In this document: one piece after another, positions 8,257 through 17,235 of the stretch
Position numbering within the stretch: position 1 is the first letter of the stretch
Layout: each line of letters opens with the position of its first letter
Source of the DNA: a virus
Taxonomy: Duplodnaviria; Caudoviricetes
Virus record (IMG/VR): IMGVR_UViG_3300024283_000026
Coordinates: 1 to 33,600 of that record
Length of the DNA stretch: 33,600 bases
Strand: one strand, 5' to 3'
The notes under the pieces: model-generated
The model's database searches: none
Told to the model about the DNA's origin: nothing
What the model saw: the letters and a program-made list of their open reading frames with translations, nothing else
Translations under genes and position numbers: made by a program

Positions 8257-9171
8257 ATGCCCGTCGCATTAGCAAACGTCCGCTCCGAACTCCTGCCCGG
8301 CCTGTTCGATGTCCGCGGCTCCTACGACATGATCCCGCGCCAGTGGGACAAGGTCTTCAAGACGCACCAGTCCAATATGGCGGTCGAGCGCTCGACGCAG
8401 ATGGCGTTCGTCGCGCTGCCATACCTCAAGGACGAGGGCGCCGCCACCCAGTTCGACAACAATGCCGGCGAGCGCTTCACCTGGGCGTTCGTCCACATCG
8501 AGGTCGCACTCGGCTACGCCATCACCCGCAAGGCGATCGATGACCTGCTCTACAAGGCGCAGTTCAGTCCGACCAACTTGAAGCTCCAGGAAGCGTTCGC
8601 CCAATTCAAGGAAATCCAGGGCGCGAACGTGCTCAACCTGGGCACCACCTACAATTCCGCTCAGATCGGCGACGGCGTCGCCTTCTTCTCGACCGCGCAC
8701 CCTTATGACGGGGGCACCTGGGCAAACACGTCATCGACGCCGAAGTCGCTCAACGAGTCGGCGCTGCTTGCGAACATGACCAACGTCCGCACCCAGTTCG
8801 TCAACGAGCGCGGCCTGCGCATTCTCTCCCGCGCCCGGCGCTTGGTGGTGCCGCCCAACCTGGAAGGCATCGCGATCCGTCTCACCAAGACGGAGTTGCG
8901 CCCCGGCACCGCGGACAATGATGTCAACGCCATCCTGACGCTCTCGGGCGGCCTTCCCGAGGGGTTCATCGTGATGGACTTCCTCACCTCGAACTTCGCG
9001 TGGTTCATCACCACGAACGTCGAGGGGATGATCCACATGCTCCGTATTCCGTATGAGAGCGACATGTGGGTCGATAATATCACTGACAATCTCCTCGTGA
9101 AAGCCTATGAGCGCTACAGCTTCGGCATCAACGATCCCCGTGCCGCCTGGGGCGAATTTCCGACGTCATAG
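8257..9171 (+). CDS. Major capsid protein (Mu gpT-like family)
   Basis: ELLPGL, DGVAFFSTAHP, RLVVPPNL, TADNDVNA and ERYSFG motifs. 304 aa, strong RBS, strongly biased codon usage. Confidence 0.88.
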   Translation: MPVALANVRSELLPGLFDVRGSYDMIPRQWDKVFKTHQSNMAVERSTQMAFVALPYLKDEGAATQFDNNAGERFTWAFVHIEVALGYAITRKAIDDLLYKAQFSPTNLKLQEAFAQFKEIQGANVLNLGTTYNSAQIGDGVAFFSTAHPYDGGTWANTSSTPKSLNESALLANMTNVRTQFVNERGLRILSRARRLVVPPNLEGIAIRLTKTELRPGTADNDVNAILTLSGGLPEGFIVMDFLTSNFAWFITTNVEGMIHMLRIPYESDMWVDNITDNLLVKAYERYSFGINDPRAAWGEFPTS

Positions 9172-9196
9172 TTGCGACGGCAAGGAGGTTGCCTAG

Positions 9197-10474
9197 ATGG
9201 CCGACACCAATTTCCGAGGCCCCATCGGATCGATGGGGTCGCTCGAGGACACCAACTTCACCACGGCGACAACGACGCTTGTCCCGATCCAGCCGCTCGA
9301 TGGCCCGTCCTACTTCTATCAGGGCTGGGTGCTGCCCGATCCGCGGAATGTGCCGTTCCCGAAGGACCAGTTCCGACCGGGGCAGTTGCCGGCCTTCGCC
9401 GCCGTTGGCGATTTCTACACCATTGACGCAATCCCGCAGGCGTTCAATACCACGGTGATTGCGGCAGCCCAGGTCGCCACTGGTGGCGTCGCCATGTCGT
9501 TGTCGACCGTGGCGGTGACCAATTTCTCGGCCGGCGCGGCTTCGATCGCCTATGGCGTGCCGATCGTCCCACAGGGCACGACTGTCGCCACCACGGCAGC
9601 AATCGCCATCGACTTCGGGTTCACAACCGGCACCACGATCGCCAACTCGACCGCGGTCCAAGTCAATGACACAACCCTGTTTACTCAGGGCCAATGGATC
9701 ATCCTCGGCAACGTCGCCAATGCGGCGGGCACCGCGAGCCTCGTCACTCAGGTTCAGACCACGATCAACGCCACCACCATCGGTGTGTCTCCCGTTCCTG
9801 CGACGGCACTAGGCATTCCGATCGGTGCAGCGAACCTATTCGGTGGGACATTCTTGCCGCCCGCAAGCGCGTTGCAGCCGGCGGCAGTGGCAAACGCCCA
9901 TGTCGGGCGCTTCGCCGCGGGTCTCGCTCGGGTGTTCAATCCAGCCGAATCCTTGGCGCGCTCGATCTCGGTTGCGGCGGCTACCATCACTGGCGGCACC
10001 GGCACCATCCTGATCTCTGGATGGGATGTCTGGAATCAGCCGATGACGGAGCTTCTGACCGCATCTGGAACGACACCGGTATATACCCGTAAGGCGTTCA
10101 AGTATCTGGCCTCTGCCGTTACTCAGACCACGGGCGGGACCACGGGCGTCAACTACAACCTCGGCATCGGTGACAACTTTGGTTTCCCCCTGGTTTGTCA
10201 AAGGTTCCAGCACGTCCAAGCGTGGGCTGGAAACACGGCGGTTCCTAATTCGGTTGGCATTGTGACGGCGGCGTTCGGTGCTGCCACAAATACCAGCGCT
10301 GACGTGCGCGGTTCCATTGTGATGTCAAACAACGCGACGGGAACGCCGGTCTCCTCTCCGGCCACCACGAACAACGTGCTGCGGCTGGTTGTCATCCAGA
10401 ACCTGCCGCCCACCGAAATGTACCAGACCACGCCGAACAACCTCGTCCCAATGTTTGGGACGGCCCAGGTATAA
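9197..10474 (+). CDS. Thr/Ala-rich virion structural (decoration) protein
   Basis: AAGGAGG RBS, directly after the capsid gene. Few charged residues, beta-rich. Confidence 0.7.
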   Translation: MADTNFRGPIGSMGSLEDTNFTTATTTLVPIQPLDGPSYFYQGWVLPDPRNVPFPKDQFRPGQLPAFAAVGDFYTIDAIPQAFNTTVIAAAQVATGGVAMSLSTVAVTNFSAGAASIAYGVPIVPQGTTVATTAAIAIDFGFTTGTTIANSTAVQVNDTTLFTQGQWIILGNVANAAGTASLVTQVQTTINATTIGVSPVPATALGIPIGAANLFGGTFLPPASALQPAAVANAHVGRFAAGLARVFNPAESLARSISVAAATITGGTGTILISGWDVWNQPMTELLTASGTTPVYTRKAFKYLASAVTQTTGGTTGVNYNLGIGDNFGFPLVCQRFQHVQAWAGNTAVPNSVGIVTAAFGAATNTSADVRGSIVMSNNATGTPVSSPATTNNVLRLVVIQNLPPTEMYQTTPNNLVPMFGTAQV

Positions 10475-10489
10475 AAGGAGGCCGCCACC

Positions 10490-10825
10490 ATGGCCAAAGG
10501 TCATCACAGTCATCATCACGGCCACCACAAGGCCTCCGGCGGGCGCACCGGAATGGTCGTCTCTGGCAATCCCGACGTGCTCAAGGAAGCGCACGGCAAG
10601 GAGTCCTACGACAAGGGCGACGAGCGCAAGAAGGGCGGGCGTGTCAAGCGCGCCCACGGCGGCCACATCGATGGGCACAAGTCCAAGCACCGGATGGATC
10701 GCCCCGGCCGCAAGCGCGGTGGGGCAGTCGGCGCTGATCGCTCTCCCCTGAGTTCGGCGCACCGCAGCAAGTCGGCGGAAACGACGCCTTCGCCGAAGGA
10801 CACCTACGGCGGGACGCCTGCGTGA
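10490..10825 (+). CDS. Small His/Lys/Arg/Gly-rich basic protein, possible internal core protein
   Basis: AAAGGAGG RBS. Four xxxGG motifs; highly basic. Confidence 0.75.
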   Translation: MAKGHHSHHHGHHKASGGRTGMVVSGNPDVLKEAHGKESYDKGDERKKGGRVKRAHGGHIDGHKSKHRMDRPGRKRGGAVGADRSPLSSAHRSKSAETTPSPKDTYGGTPA

Positions 10826-11031
10826 GTGTCCTGACCGCCAAGACGCGCAATGCGCTGCCGACGAAGGACTTCGCGGGGCCGGGTCGGAGTTACCCGATCC
10901 AGGACATGAGCCACGCACGCAATGCACTTTCGCGCGTGTCGCAATTCGGAACCGAGTCGCTTAAGGCGGCGGTTCGCGCCAAGGTTCACCGCAAGTTTCC
11001 CTCTCTGAAGCAGCATGACGAGGGCCGATAG
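10822..11031 (+). CDS. Small basic phage protein (DUF6582-like motif)
   Basis: RNALPTKDFAGPGRSYPIQDMSHARNALSR resembles a module I recall from phage head-gene regions. GTGA overlap. Confidence 0.65.
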   Translation: MSVLTAKTRNALPTKDFAGPGRSYPIQDMSHARNALSRVSQFGTESLKAAVRAKVHRKFPSLKQHDEGR

Positions 11032-11047
11032 TAGGAGACGTTCCTAG

Positions 11048-11689
11048 ATGGCTCTCCCCAATGTCCAAACCCTGACCCTCGCCGCGGCCAATTCGGCGCT
11101 CCTGTTTTCAACGGGTGCGCCGGGCACCACGTTCATGAGTTATACGTCGGTGTTGGCGACCACGCTGTTGGACGCGCAGCGCCGCATCGTCATCACATCA
11201 AGCGGTAATGATGCGGCCGTAACGGCTACGATTAAAGGCGTCAACGGCGCGGGCTTTCCAATCTCCGAAGCGTTTCTGCTCACTAACGGCGGCTCGACGT
11301 TCTCCAATCTCGACTTCAAGATCGTCACATCAATCGCGCTGTCGGCTTTGGCCGCAGCCAACCTCACGGTCGGCACCAATTCCACAGGCTCGACCATGTG
11401 GAACATCATGAACTGGCATGTGACGCCGACCAATATCGAGGCGTCCGGCGTTGTGACATCGACCTCGACCGCGGTGACGTGGCGCTGCGAATACACCTAT
11501 GATGACCCCAATAATCTGCCGTCAGGCCAATCCTATCCGCAGCCGTTCATTCATCCGACTCTCAACGGAACTACGGTGTCTCTGGATGGACCGATCAATG
11601 ATCCCGTGACGGCGGTGCGCTTCACGGTTACGTCCGGGACCGGCACAATCCGCGGCACCGTGATTCAAGCTGGACTTGCCAGCCCATGA
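11048..11689 (+). CDS. Virion structural protein, Thr/Ser-rich
   Basis: AGGAG RBS, beta-rich composition and operon context. Confidence 0.7.
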   Translation: MALPNVQTLTLAAANSALLFSTGAPGTTFMSYTSVLATTLLDAQRRIVITSSGNDAAVTATIKGVNGAGFPISEAFLLTNGGSTFSNLDFKIVTSIALSALAAANLTVGTNSTGSTMWNIMNWHVTPTNIEASGVVTSTSTAVTWRCEYTYDDPNNLPSGQSYPQPFIHPTLNGTTVSLDGPINDPVTAVRFTVTSGTGTIRGTVIQAGLASP

Positions 11690-12306
11690 CCGACATCATA
11701 GGGACGGCAGGACTCGGCGGGCTGCGTGCGGCGGCCAAACTCACAGAGGATGATATCCTCCTGATCCTCCGTGACCCGAATGGATTTGTCGCCAGATTGA
11801 GCGAACTCGGGAACCTCGTCGCCGCTGGCAAAAGCACACTCTCAGACCTTGGCCTTGCGTCCGACTTGCAAGAGGCGCTGACGCAGGCGCGATCCAATGT
11901 GGACGCGACCGGAAGTGCCAAGGATACCGCGCTGCGCGCCCTTGACGATGCGCGTAGAAATGCAGCGATCGTCCTCTCTGAAGCGGAGGCGTCGGCAAAA
12001 AAAGTGGTCGATGACGCCACCAAGGCGGCCTCTGTGGTTTCTGCGGGTGCCGCTAAGGCTAGGCGGGATGCCGATGCCTATGCGGAGCGCGTCAAGGCAG
12101 AGGTAGACGCCGCGCTCGAGCAGGCAAGGGAAATGCATCGTCTGGCGGCTGTCAAATCCGATCAGGCCAATAAAGTGCAGCAGCAAGCCGATGCGTTGCA
12201 TCAACAGGCGGCTGCCGGCATAGCTGCGGCTGAAAAGATGCGATCAGACCTCCTTGCCAAGGCCGCTCGTCTTCAGAAGGTGACCGCCGAACTTGCCGGT
12301 GCCTAA
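11686..12306 (+). CDS. Ala-rich coiled-coil protein
   Basis: ATGA overlap. Long helical Ala/Lys/Gln/Glu stretches. Confidence 0.7.
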   Translation: MTDIIGTAGLGGLRAAAKLTEDDILLILRDPNGFVARLSELGNLVAAGKSTLSDLGLASDLQEALTQARSNVDATGSAKDTALRALDDARRNAAIVLSEAEASAKKVVDDATKAASVVSAGAAKARRDADAYAERVKAEVDAALEQAREMHRLAAVKSDQANKVQQQADALHQQAAAGIAAAEKMRSDLLAKAARLQKVTAELAGA

Positions 12307-12672
12307 GTGACCGCGCCGGGCTCGCAGGGGACGAACACCGAACAGGGGCTAGTCGTTGGGGCAACTCGTATCTTCAACGGCGCCCCGAATGGCCTGTTAG
12401 CCTGCGATTCGACCGGAACCATTCTCGCCCTTGCCGCAGGAACGGCTTTTCTTGGCTGGACGATTCCGAATCCAAATAATTGGAATGATCCAGGCGTTGC
12501 CGGCGAGATTTCTTACGACGCCAACGGAAACTTTTACCTCTGCTACGCCAACAATGAATGGGCGAAGTTCTCCGGTCTGTTGATCTGGAACAACACCTCA
12601 TCTTTCGTCTTCGATTTCTCCAACTACACGACCTATAGCCAGTATATTCCGCTGCTGGTCGGGTTTGGATAG
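12307..12672 (+). CDS. Small fibre-associated structural protein
   Basis: PGVAGEISYDANGNFYLCYANNEW resembles a common phage fibre module. Aromatic C-terminal tail. Confidence 0.6.
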   Translation: MTAPGSQGTNTEQGLVVGATRIFNGAPNGLLACDSTGTILALAAGTAFLGWTIPNPNNWNDPGVAGEISYDANGNFYLCYANNEWAKFSGLLIWNNTSSFVFDFSNYTTYSQYIPLLVGFG

Positions 12673-12675
12673 GGG

Positions 12676-13491
12676 ATGGCCGACAACTTTACAGTCCTGA
12701 ACTCTGCTGGCGCGACGGTCACGTTCCGCTCGACCGACAACGGTTCTGGCGTTCAGGTCAATATGTCCATCCCTAGCAACCCGTCTGGGACGGCGTTGCT
12801 CGGGCAGTTTGCGATGGCGACCTCTATCCCGGTGGCCATAGCGTCGGATCAGTCGATCTTTACCGTCAAAGCCATCGAGGCCGGCACATGGACCGTGCAG
12901 GCGCTTCAATCCGGGGCACCGTGGTCGGAGAACATTACACAGGTCGGTGGGATCGCAATCGCACTCGGATCCGCCACTGGCGCTAGTTCTTTCCCCGTCG
13001 TTATTGCCAGCAACCAAGCGACGCTGACCACCGTTCTGGCGGCTGGAAGCCAAGCAGTCGGAACGGTCACCGCCATTCAGGGCGGTGTGTGGACGACGCA
13101 GGTCGCCGGCAGCCTCACGGTCACCAGCAATTCGACGCAACCTCTGGCCATCGCGTCGGTGTCCACCAACCCGCCGACTCCGGTTGCTGTCAAAAACAAC
13201 ACTGGGACGCTGGTCGGCATCAACGTCTACAACACCAATTCGAGTTATCCAGTCTTCCTGAAGATTTTCAATGTTACAGCTGGGAGTTTCACGTCTGGGT
13301 CCATCAATGCCGGCACGTTCTCTGCAACATTCTGTTGCGGAATTCCACCGGGGTCATCACGGGATGTAGCGTTGCCGCTTGGAACCAATCTGACGACGGC
13401 CATCGCCTATTACATCACCAAGTTTGCGGCAGCGAACGATACCACGTCGGTCGCGACAAACGACCTGGTCGGCATGATCACCTATTTTTAA
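12676..13491 (+). CDS. Virion structural/decoration protein
   Basis: Duplicated S(I/F)PV(A/V)IAS(D/N)Q segment. C-terminal beta domain VKNNTGTLVGINVYN...FLKIFN. Confidence 0.65.
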   Translation: MADNFTVLNSAGATVTFRSTDNGSGVQVNMSIPSNPSGTALLGQFAMATSIPVAIASDQSIFTVKAIEAGTWTVQALQSGAPWSENITQVGGIAIALGSATGASSFPVVIASNQATLTTVLAAGSQAVGTVTAIQGGVWTTQVAGSLTVTSNSTQPLAIASVSTNPPTPVAVKNNTGTLVGINVYNTNSSYPVFLKIFNVTAGSFTSGSINAGTFSATFCCGIPPGSSRDVALPLGTNLTTAIAYYITKFAAANDTTSVATNDLVGMITYF

Positions 13492-13499
13492 GGTCAGAG

Positions 13500-14165
13500 A
13501 TGAAAAGAACCGCAAACAGCGTCATTCAGGGCAGCATTGCCATTCAATTCCTGCTCACCCAGCCCGGCTTTTCCCAGGTCGGAGTGCAAGCGCAGGACGG
13601 CAATATCGTGACGCTTGGCAACACCACCAACACGACTCCATGCGCGACGCCGACGACAAATCCGTGCACGCAGAACCAACTTGAACGCGCACTGATGAGC
13701 GCCATACAATCGCCGATACCTGCCGGCAGCAATGTGATTGGCGGGGTCAATCTTGCCGGTGGCACGACCACCGTTCAAAATCAGCTCCTCCAAGGCAACG
13801 ACAGCACGACGTTCGTGAGTGCACGCATCTGCGGCAATTATACATCGCTGTCGATGACGGTCGCCACGACCCTACAAATCATCGCGGCGTCATCCGGGAA
13901 GACGATTTACATCTGTGACTTCGACATCTCTAACGGTGTCATCTCGACATCGACGATCACCATGCAGATCGGAACCGGCACGAACTGCGCCAATGCCGCC
14001 GCCCAGCTTGGTGGCGCTTGGTATGCCGGGACCAACTGGGGCAAGATTGCAGCCAATCCCTATTATCGTGGGCTCAATACCGGCGCAGTCGGGTCATCTG
14101 CGCTATGCGTCAAGAGTACCGTGACGACGACATTCGACTTCGGCGTCTATTATGATCAGTTCTGA
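13500..14165 (+). CDS. Decoration-like beta protein with possible signal peptide
   Basis: Start at ATG 13500; the longer track ORF overlaps the previous gene. N-terminus MKR plus an uncharged stretch ending PGFSQ/VQAQ. Six Cys. Confidence 0.7.
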   Translation: MKRTANSVIQGSIAIQFLLTQPGFSQVGVQAQDGNIVTLGNTTNTTPCATPTTNPCTQNQLERALMSAIQSPIPAGSNVIGGVNLAGGTTTVQNQLLQGNDSTTFVSARICGNYTSLSMTVATTLQIIAASSGKTIYICDFDISNGVISTSTITMQIGTGTNCANAAAQLGGAWYAGTNWGKIAANPYYRGLNTGAVGSSALCVKSTVTTTFDFGVYYDQF

Positions 14166-14171
14166 TCGGCC

Positions 14172-14876
14172 ATGCGCAGGATAGCGTTTCTTCTGCTTTT
14201 GGTGGGGATGGCCTGCCTGTTTCTGGCAGGCACGGTGACGGCACAGCTATCGACGCTCGGGGCCGGATGCGCGGTCAAGTGTTCTGCTGGCGCCGCGCCG
14301 TCTACTACGAACTGGAATCCGTCCGATCTCGCTAATATGACGCTCTCCGGCGGCAACCTTGTTGCCACTGGGAACAGCACCTCGACGGACGGTTCTGTCA
14401 GGGCGGTCGCGAACCACTCCACCGGAAAGTATTACTACGAGGTCACGGTCACAAACATCGGCGCCGCCGCTGATAGCGGATGCGGGATCGCCAATGGATC
14501 AACGAGCCTGACAGGGGCGCCTTTCTCGACCTCTCTCATTGCCGCGGCATATGGCGGAAGCGGGAACATCTGGGTCAACGGCTCCAATCCTGCGAGCATA
14601 GGCACCGCGTCGAATGGTGACATCTTGGGCGTCGCCGTAGACACGGGTGGCCAGTTATTCTGGGTGCGCCGGAATACGGGGAACTGGAACAACAACGCCA
14701 GCGCAAACCCATCCACGGGGGCGAATGGGTTCAGCACTTCCGGCTTCGCTGGTCCGTATTATCCATGGTGCTCGGCAACGGCCGATGCGACAAATCATTC
14801 ATCGTGGACCGCTAATTTTGGCGCAACCGCTTACGCGCACCAGGACTCCACTGTTAGTGGATTTGGGAATTGGTAA
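14172..14876 (+). CDS. SPRY/ConA-like domain protein with signal peptide
   Basis: Signal peptide MRRIAFLLLLVGMACLFLAGTVTA|Q. GKYYYEVTV and GDILGVAVD...WVRRN SPRY motifs. Confidence 0.8.
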   Translation: MRRIAFLLLLVGMACLFLAGTVTAQLSTLGAGCAVKCSAGAAPSTTNWNPSDLANMTLSGGNLVATGNSTSTDGSVRAVANHSTGKYYYEVTVTNIGAAADSGCGIANGSTSLTGAPFSTSLIAAAYGGSGNIWVNGSNPASIGTASNGDILGVAVDTGGQLFWVRRNTGNWNNNASANPSTGANGFSTSGFAGPYYPWCSATADATNHSSWTANFGATAYAHQDSTVSGFGNW

Positions 14877-17017
14877 TGCGAGCAGTTATGTATGCAGTGA
14901 TTTTTGCTATAGCGTCTATAGCCGTGGCATCTGCCTTCTGGCACGGCTCGGGGCCGGCGCTCGTCATTCCCCCCGCCAACAATGTCTCGGCCAACTGGGC
15001 GAAGGCCGGCTTGGCGACCGTTGGGGGAATACCGACCCGCAATACGCAGTGCGGGGCTACGGTTCCGGCAACCGGCCTGACGCCACCTGCGGCCAACGAT
15101 GACGCGGTCAAGCTCGTGGCCGCCATCGCTGCGTGCACTGCTGGGCAGTTCATCCAGATGGGTTCCGGCACGTTCAACTACGCCATGAGTGAACTGCCCA
15201 TCCTCGTGAACAAGGGGATCACGATACGCGGCAACGGCTCAACTGTTGGAACCTGTAATGCGGCAAGCGGCACTCCCTGCTGGGGAACTGTGCTTCAGAC
15301 CTATGACGGGCCTCAGCCAACTTATAATAGCACCCCTCAGTGTGGTGTTACGATAGGAAGCGTGTCCAATTGTCCGAACGGCAGCGGGTTCTTCCTTGTG
15401 GCACCATCCGGACTATTTACTTTCTCCTGGGCTGGATGTGTCTATCAGATCACTGATCCAACTGCCTCTAATTGCGGAACTACTTTGGCTGCCGATGTGG
15501 CACAAGGGGCGACGACAGTCCAAGTCGCGTCGACGACGAACTTTTCTGTGGGTATGTGGGTGCTTATAGACGAGTGGCCTTCAATGGTGTCCACGGTGGA
15601 CCCATCCGGCGGATCGAACATCCTGGCGTCGCCGGAGTTCTTAGGATCATCTGAAGCGCCGGCCGTCATGCGAGTGGCAAACCCGGACGGCGGCAACAAC
15701 ATCCCTGCATGCACCGGAGGTGGTAATCCCGGATATAGCTTCTGCGTTAATCGTGTGAACGAGGAGATTCACAAGATCGCGGCCATCGGGGCTGGGCCGT
15801 GCCCGGGCGCTAGCTGCACGCTCACGTTCGACGATCCGTTGACCTTGGCCTTCCGGACAACTGGCAGCCACGATGCGCGTGTGTACTGGCCCACAAATGG
15901 AAATACGAACACAGCCAATCCGTTCCTAGAACAGGCCGGAATAGAGAATCTGACCATCCATAGGGCTAATGGGGGATCGATCAACTTTTCGTTCTGCGCT
16001 TACTGTTGGGTCAAGAACGTCGAAGCCGATTATTGGATCGGTGGGGCTGTCAATTTCAGTTGGTCAGTCCGAGGCCAGGTCACTAGCTCCTACTTGCACG
16101 ATTGCATAGATTGCCAGAACAACGGTGAGGAGTACCCGCTCGGAATCAGTGTGGCCTCGACTGAAATCCTTGTTGAGGACAGCATCATCACCTTCGGCGG
16201 CAAGTGCATGGTGGGGCGGGCGGCGACCGCCTCCGTTGTTGCCTACACCTATTGCGACAAAACATTCTACGAACAAAACGGTGGGATTGGGGATTACTGG
16301 AACGATTTGGGAATAAATGGCAGCCACTATGCAGGCACGCACCATTTCTTATTTGAGGGCAATTACACCACAAACATGGATGGTGACAACACGCATGGTA
16401 ACGCTATCTATCATACGTTCTTTCGTAACCAAAGCGCGGCAGGTCGAACGACGTTTGTCGACCCGTCAAATAGCAAGACCGTCAACGACTGCGCGGGAAT
16501 AGGGTTCGACCAGACCGGCAGCGCCACCGCCCCGTCCCCGCTCAGGGCAGTTGGACCGATGGCGTGGAATTATTGGTACGCTATCGCTGCCAATGTTCTG
16601 GGGTACTCCGGGATGCAGTCGTGCGCCGGGGGTGCATACGTCTACGGCGCCGGGACGACGTTCACCGGCCGCGACATGTGGCGATCCGGATGGCAAGGTG
16701 CAGGTTTCCCCCATAACGATGACAATCTTGATGGAGCAGTTGCTAGATACATATTCAAGAACGGAAATTACGACTACGTGAATGCCGCCATCGTTGATTT
16801 TGCCACCGGCTTCGCGCATACGTTTCCGAATTCCCTGTATTTGCCGAGTTCTGGCGCGTCGCCACCCGCGTACTTCGGTCCCGGCGCGTCCTGCACGTAC
16901 ACCTTTCCATGGATCGAATCGACGAGCGGAACGCCAGTCAAGACCAATAGCTGCGCTGGCGCCGGCTTGCCCGCAAAGGCGCGCTACGATGCCGGGACGC
17001 CGTTCGTTCTGCCTTGA
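14876..17017 (+). CDS. Secreted Cys-rich right-handed beta-helix (pectate-lyase-like) protein
   Basis: TAATG overlap. Signal peptide MRAVMYAVIFAIASIAVASA|F. DDAVKLVAAIAAC, GITIRGNG and GIENLTI beta-helix features. 22 Cys. Confidence 0.75.
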   Translation: MRAVMYAVIFAIASIAVASAFWHGSGPALVIPPANNVSANWAKAGLATVGGIPTRNTQCGATVPATGLTPPAANDDAVKLVAAIAACTAGQFIQMGSGTFNYAMSELPILVNKGITIRGNGSTVGTCNAASGTPCWGTVLQTYDGPQPTYNSTPQCGVTIGSVSNCPNGSGFFLVAPSGLFTFSWAGCVYQITDPTASNCGTTLAADVAQGATTVQVASTTNFSVGMWVLIDEWPSMVSTVDPSGGSNILASPEFLGSSEAPAVMRVANPDGGNNIPACTGGGNPGYSFCVNRVNEEIHKIAAIGAGPCPGASCTLTFDDPLTLAFRTTGSHDARVYWPTNGNTNTANPFLEQAGIENLTIHRANGGSINFSFCAYCWVKNVEADYWIGGAVNFSWSVRGQVTSSYLHDCIDCQNNGEEYPLGISVASTEILVEDSIITFGGKCMVGRAATASVVAYTYCDKTFYEQNGGIGDYWNDLGINGSHYAGTHHFLFEGNYTTNMDGDNTHGNAIYHTFFRNQSAAGRTTFVDPSNSKTVNDCAGIGFDQTGSATAPSPLRAVGPMAWNYWYAIAANVLGYSGMQSCAGGAYVYGAGTTFTGRDMWRSGWQGAGFPHNDDNLDGAVARYIFKNGNYDYVNAAIVDFATGFAHTFPNSLYLPSSGASPPAYFGPGASCTYTFPWIESTSGTPVKTNSCAGAGLPAKARYDAGTPFVLP

Positions 17018-17187
17018 GCCCAGTGCGCCTCAGTGGAGCGAATCCAGTCCAGAAACGCCCGCGTCTGCCGCGCATCGAGATAGACGAAGCGTTCTTCAGC
17101 CTCCCCGCCGACGAAGCGGAGCGTGATCTCATGGTCGTCGTGCGAAACGTAAATGCCGCAGCCTAGAAAATACTCACTGGTTTTCAT
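16984..17187 (-). CDS. Small hypothetical phage protein (antisense)
   Basis: GAGGGG RBS 6 nt upstream of the ATG on the - strand. Fills the gap between + genes and has a globular-looking sequence. Confidence 0.65.
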   Translation of the reverse strand: MKTSEYFLGCGIYVSHDDHEITLRFVGGEAEERFVYLDARQTRAFLDWIRSTEAHWAQGRTNGVPAS

Positions 17188-17235
17188 GATGGTCCCCTCA
17201 TCAAATGCCGTGAACTTTAGAGCGGTGGGTAGGGC

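Noticed and set aside
9172-9196. Structured RNA downstream of the gpT-like capsid gene (Mu-gpT-DE type) or a terminator
   Set aside because: The gap is only 25 nt, mostly RBS, with no hairpin and U-tract.
9197-13491. Enrichment of N-x-S/T sequons suggesting N-glycosylation
   Set aside because: The count is high in the 12676 gene (about 10 of 19 Asn) but near expectation in the 9197 gene (about 8 of 27) given Ser/Thr richness. Not convincing without statistics.
13089-13499. Extended N-termini given by the ORF track (also at 2339, 2569, 20626 and 25258)
   Set aside because: They overlap upstream genes or ignore better RBS or overlap-coupled starts at 13500, 2360, 2593, 20647 and 25384.
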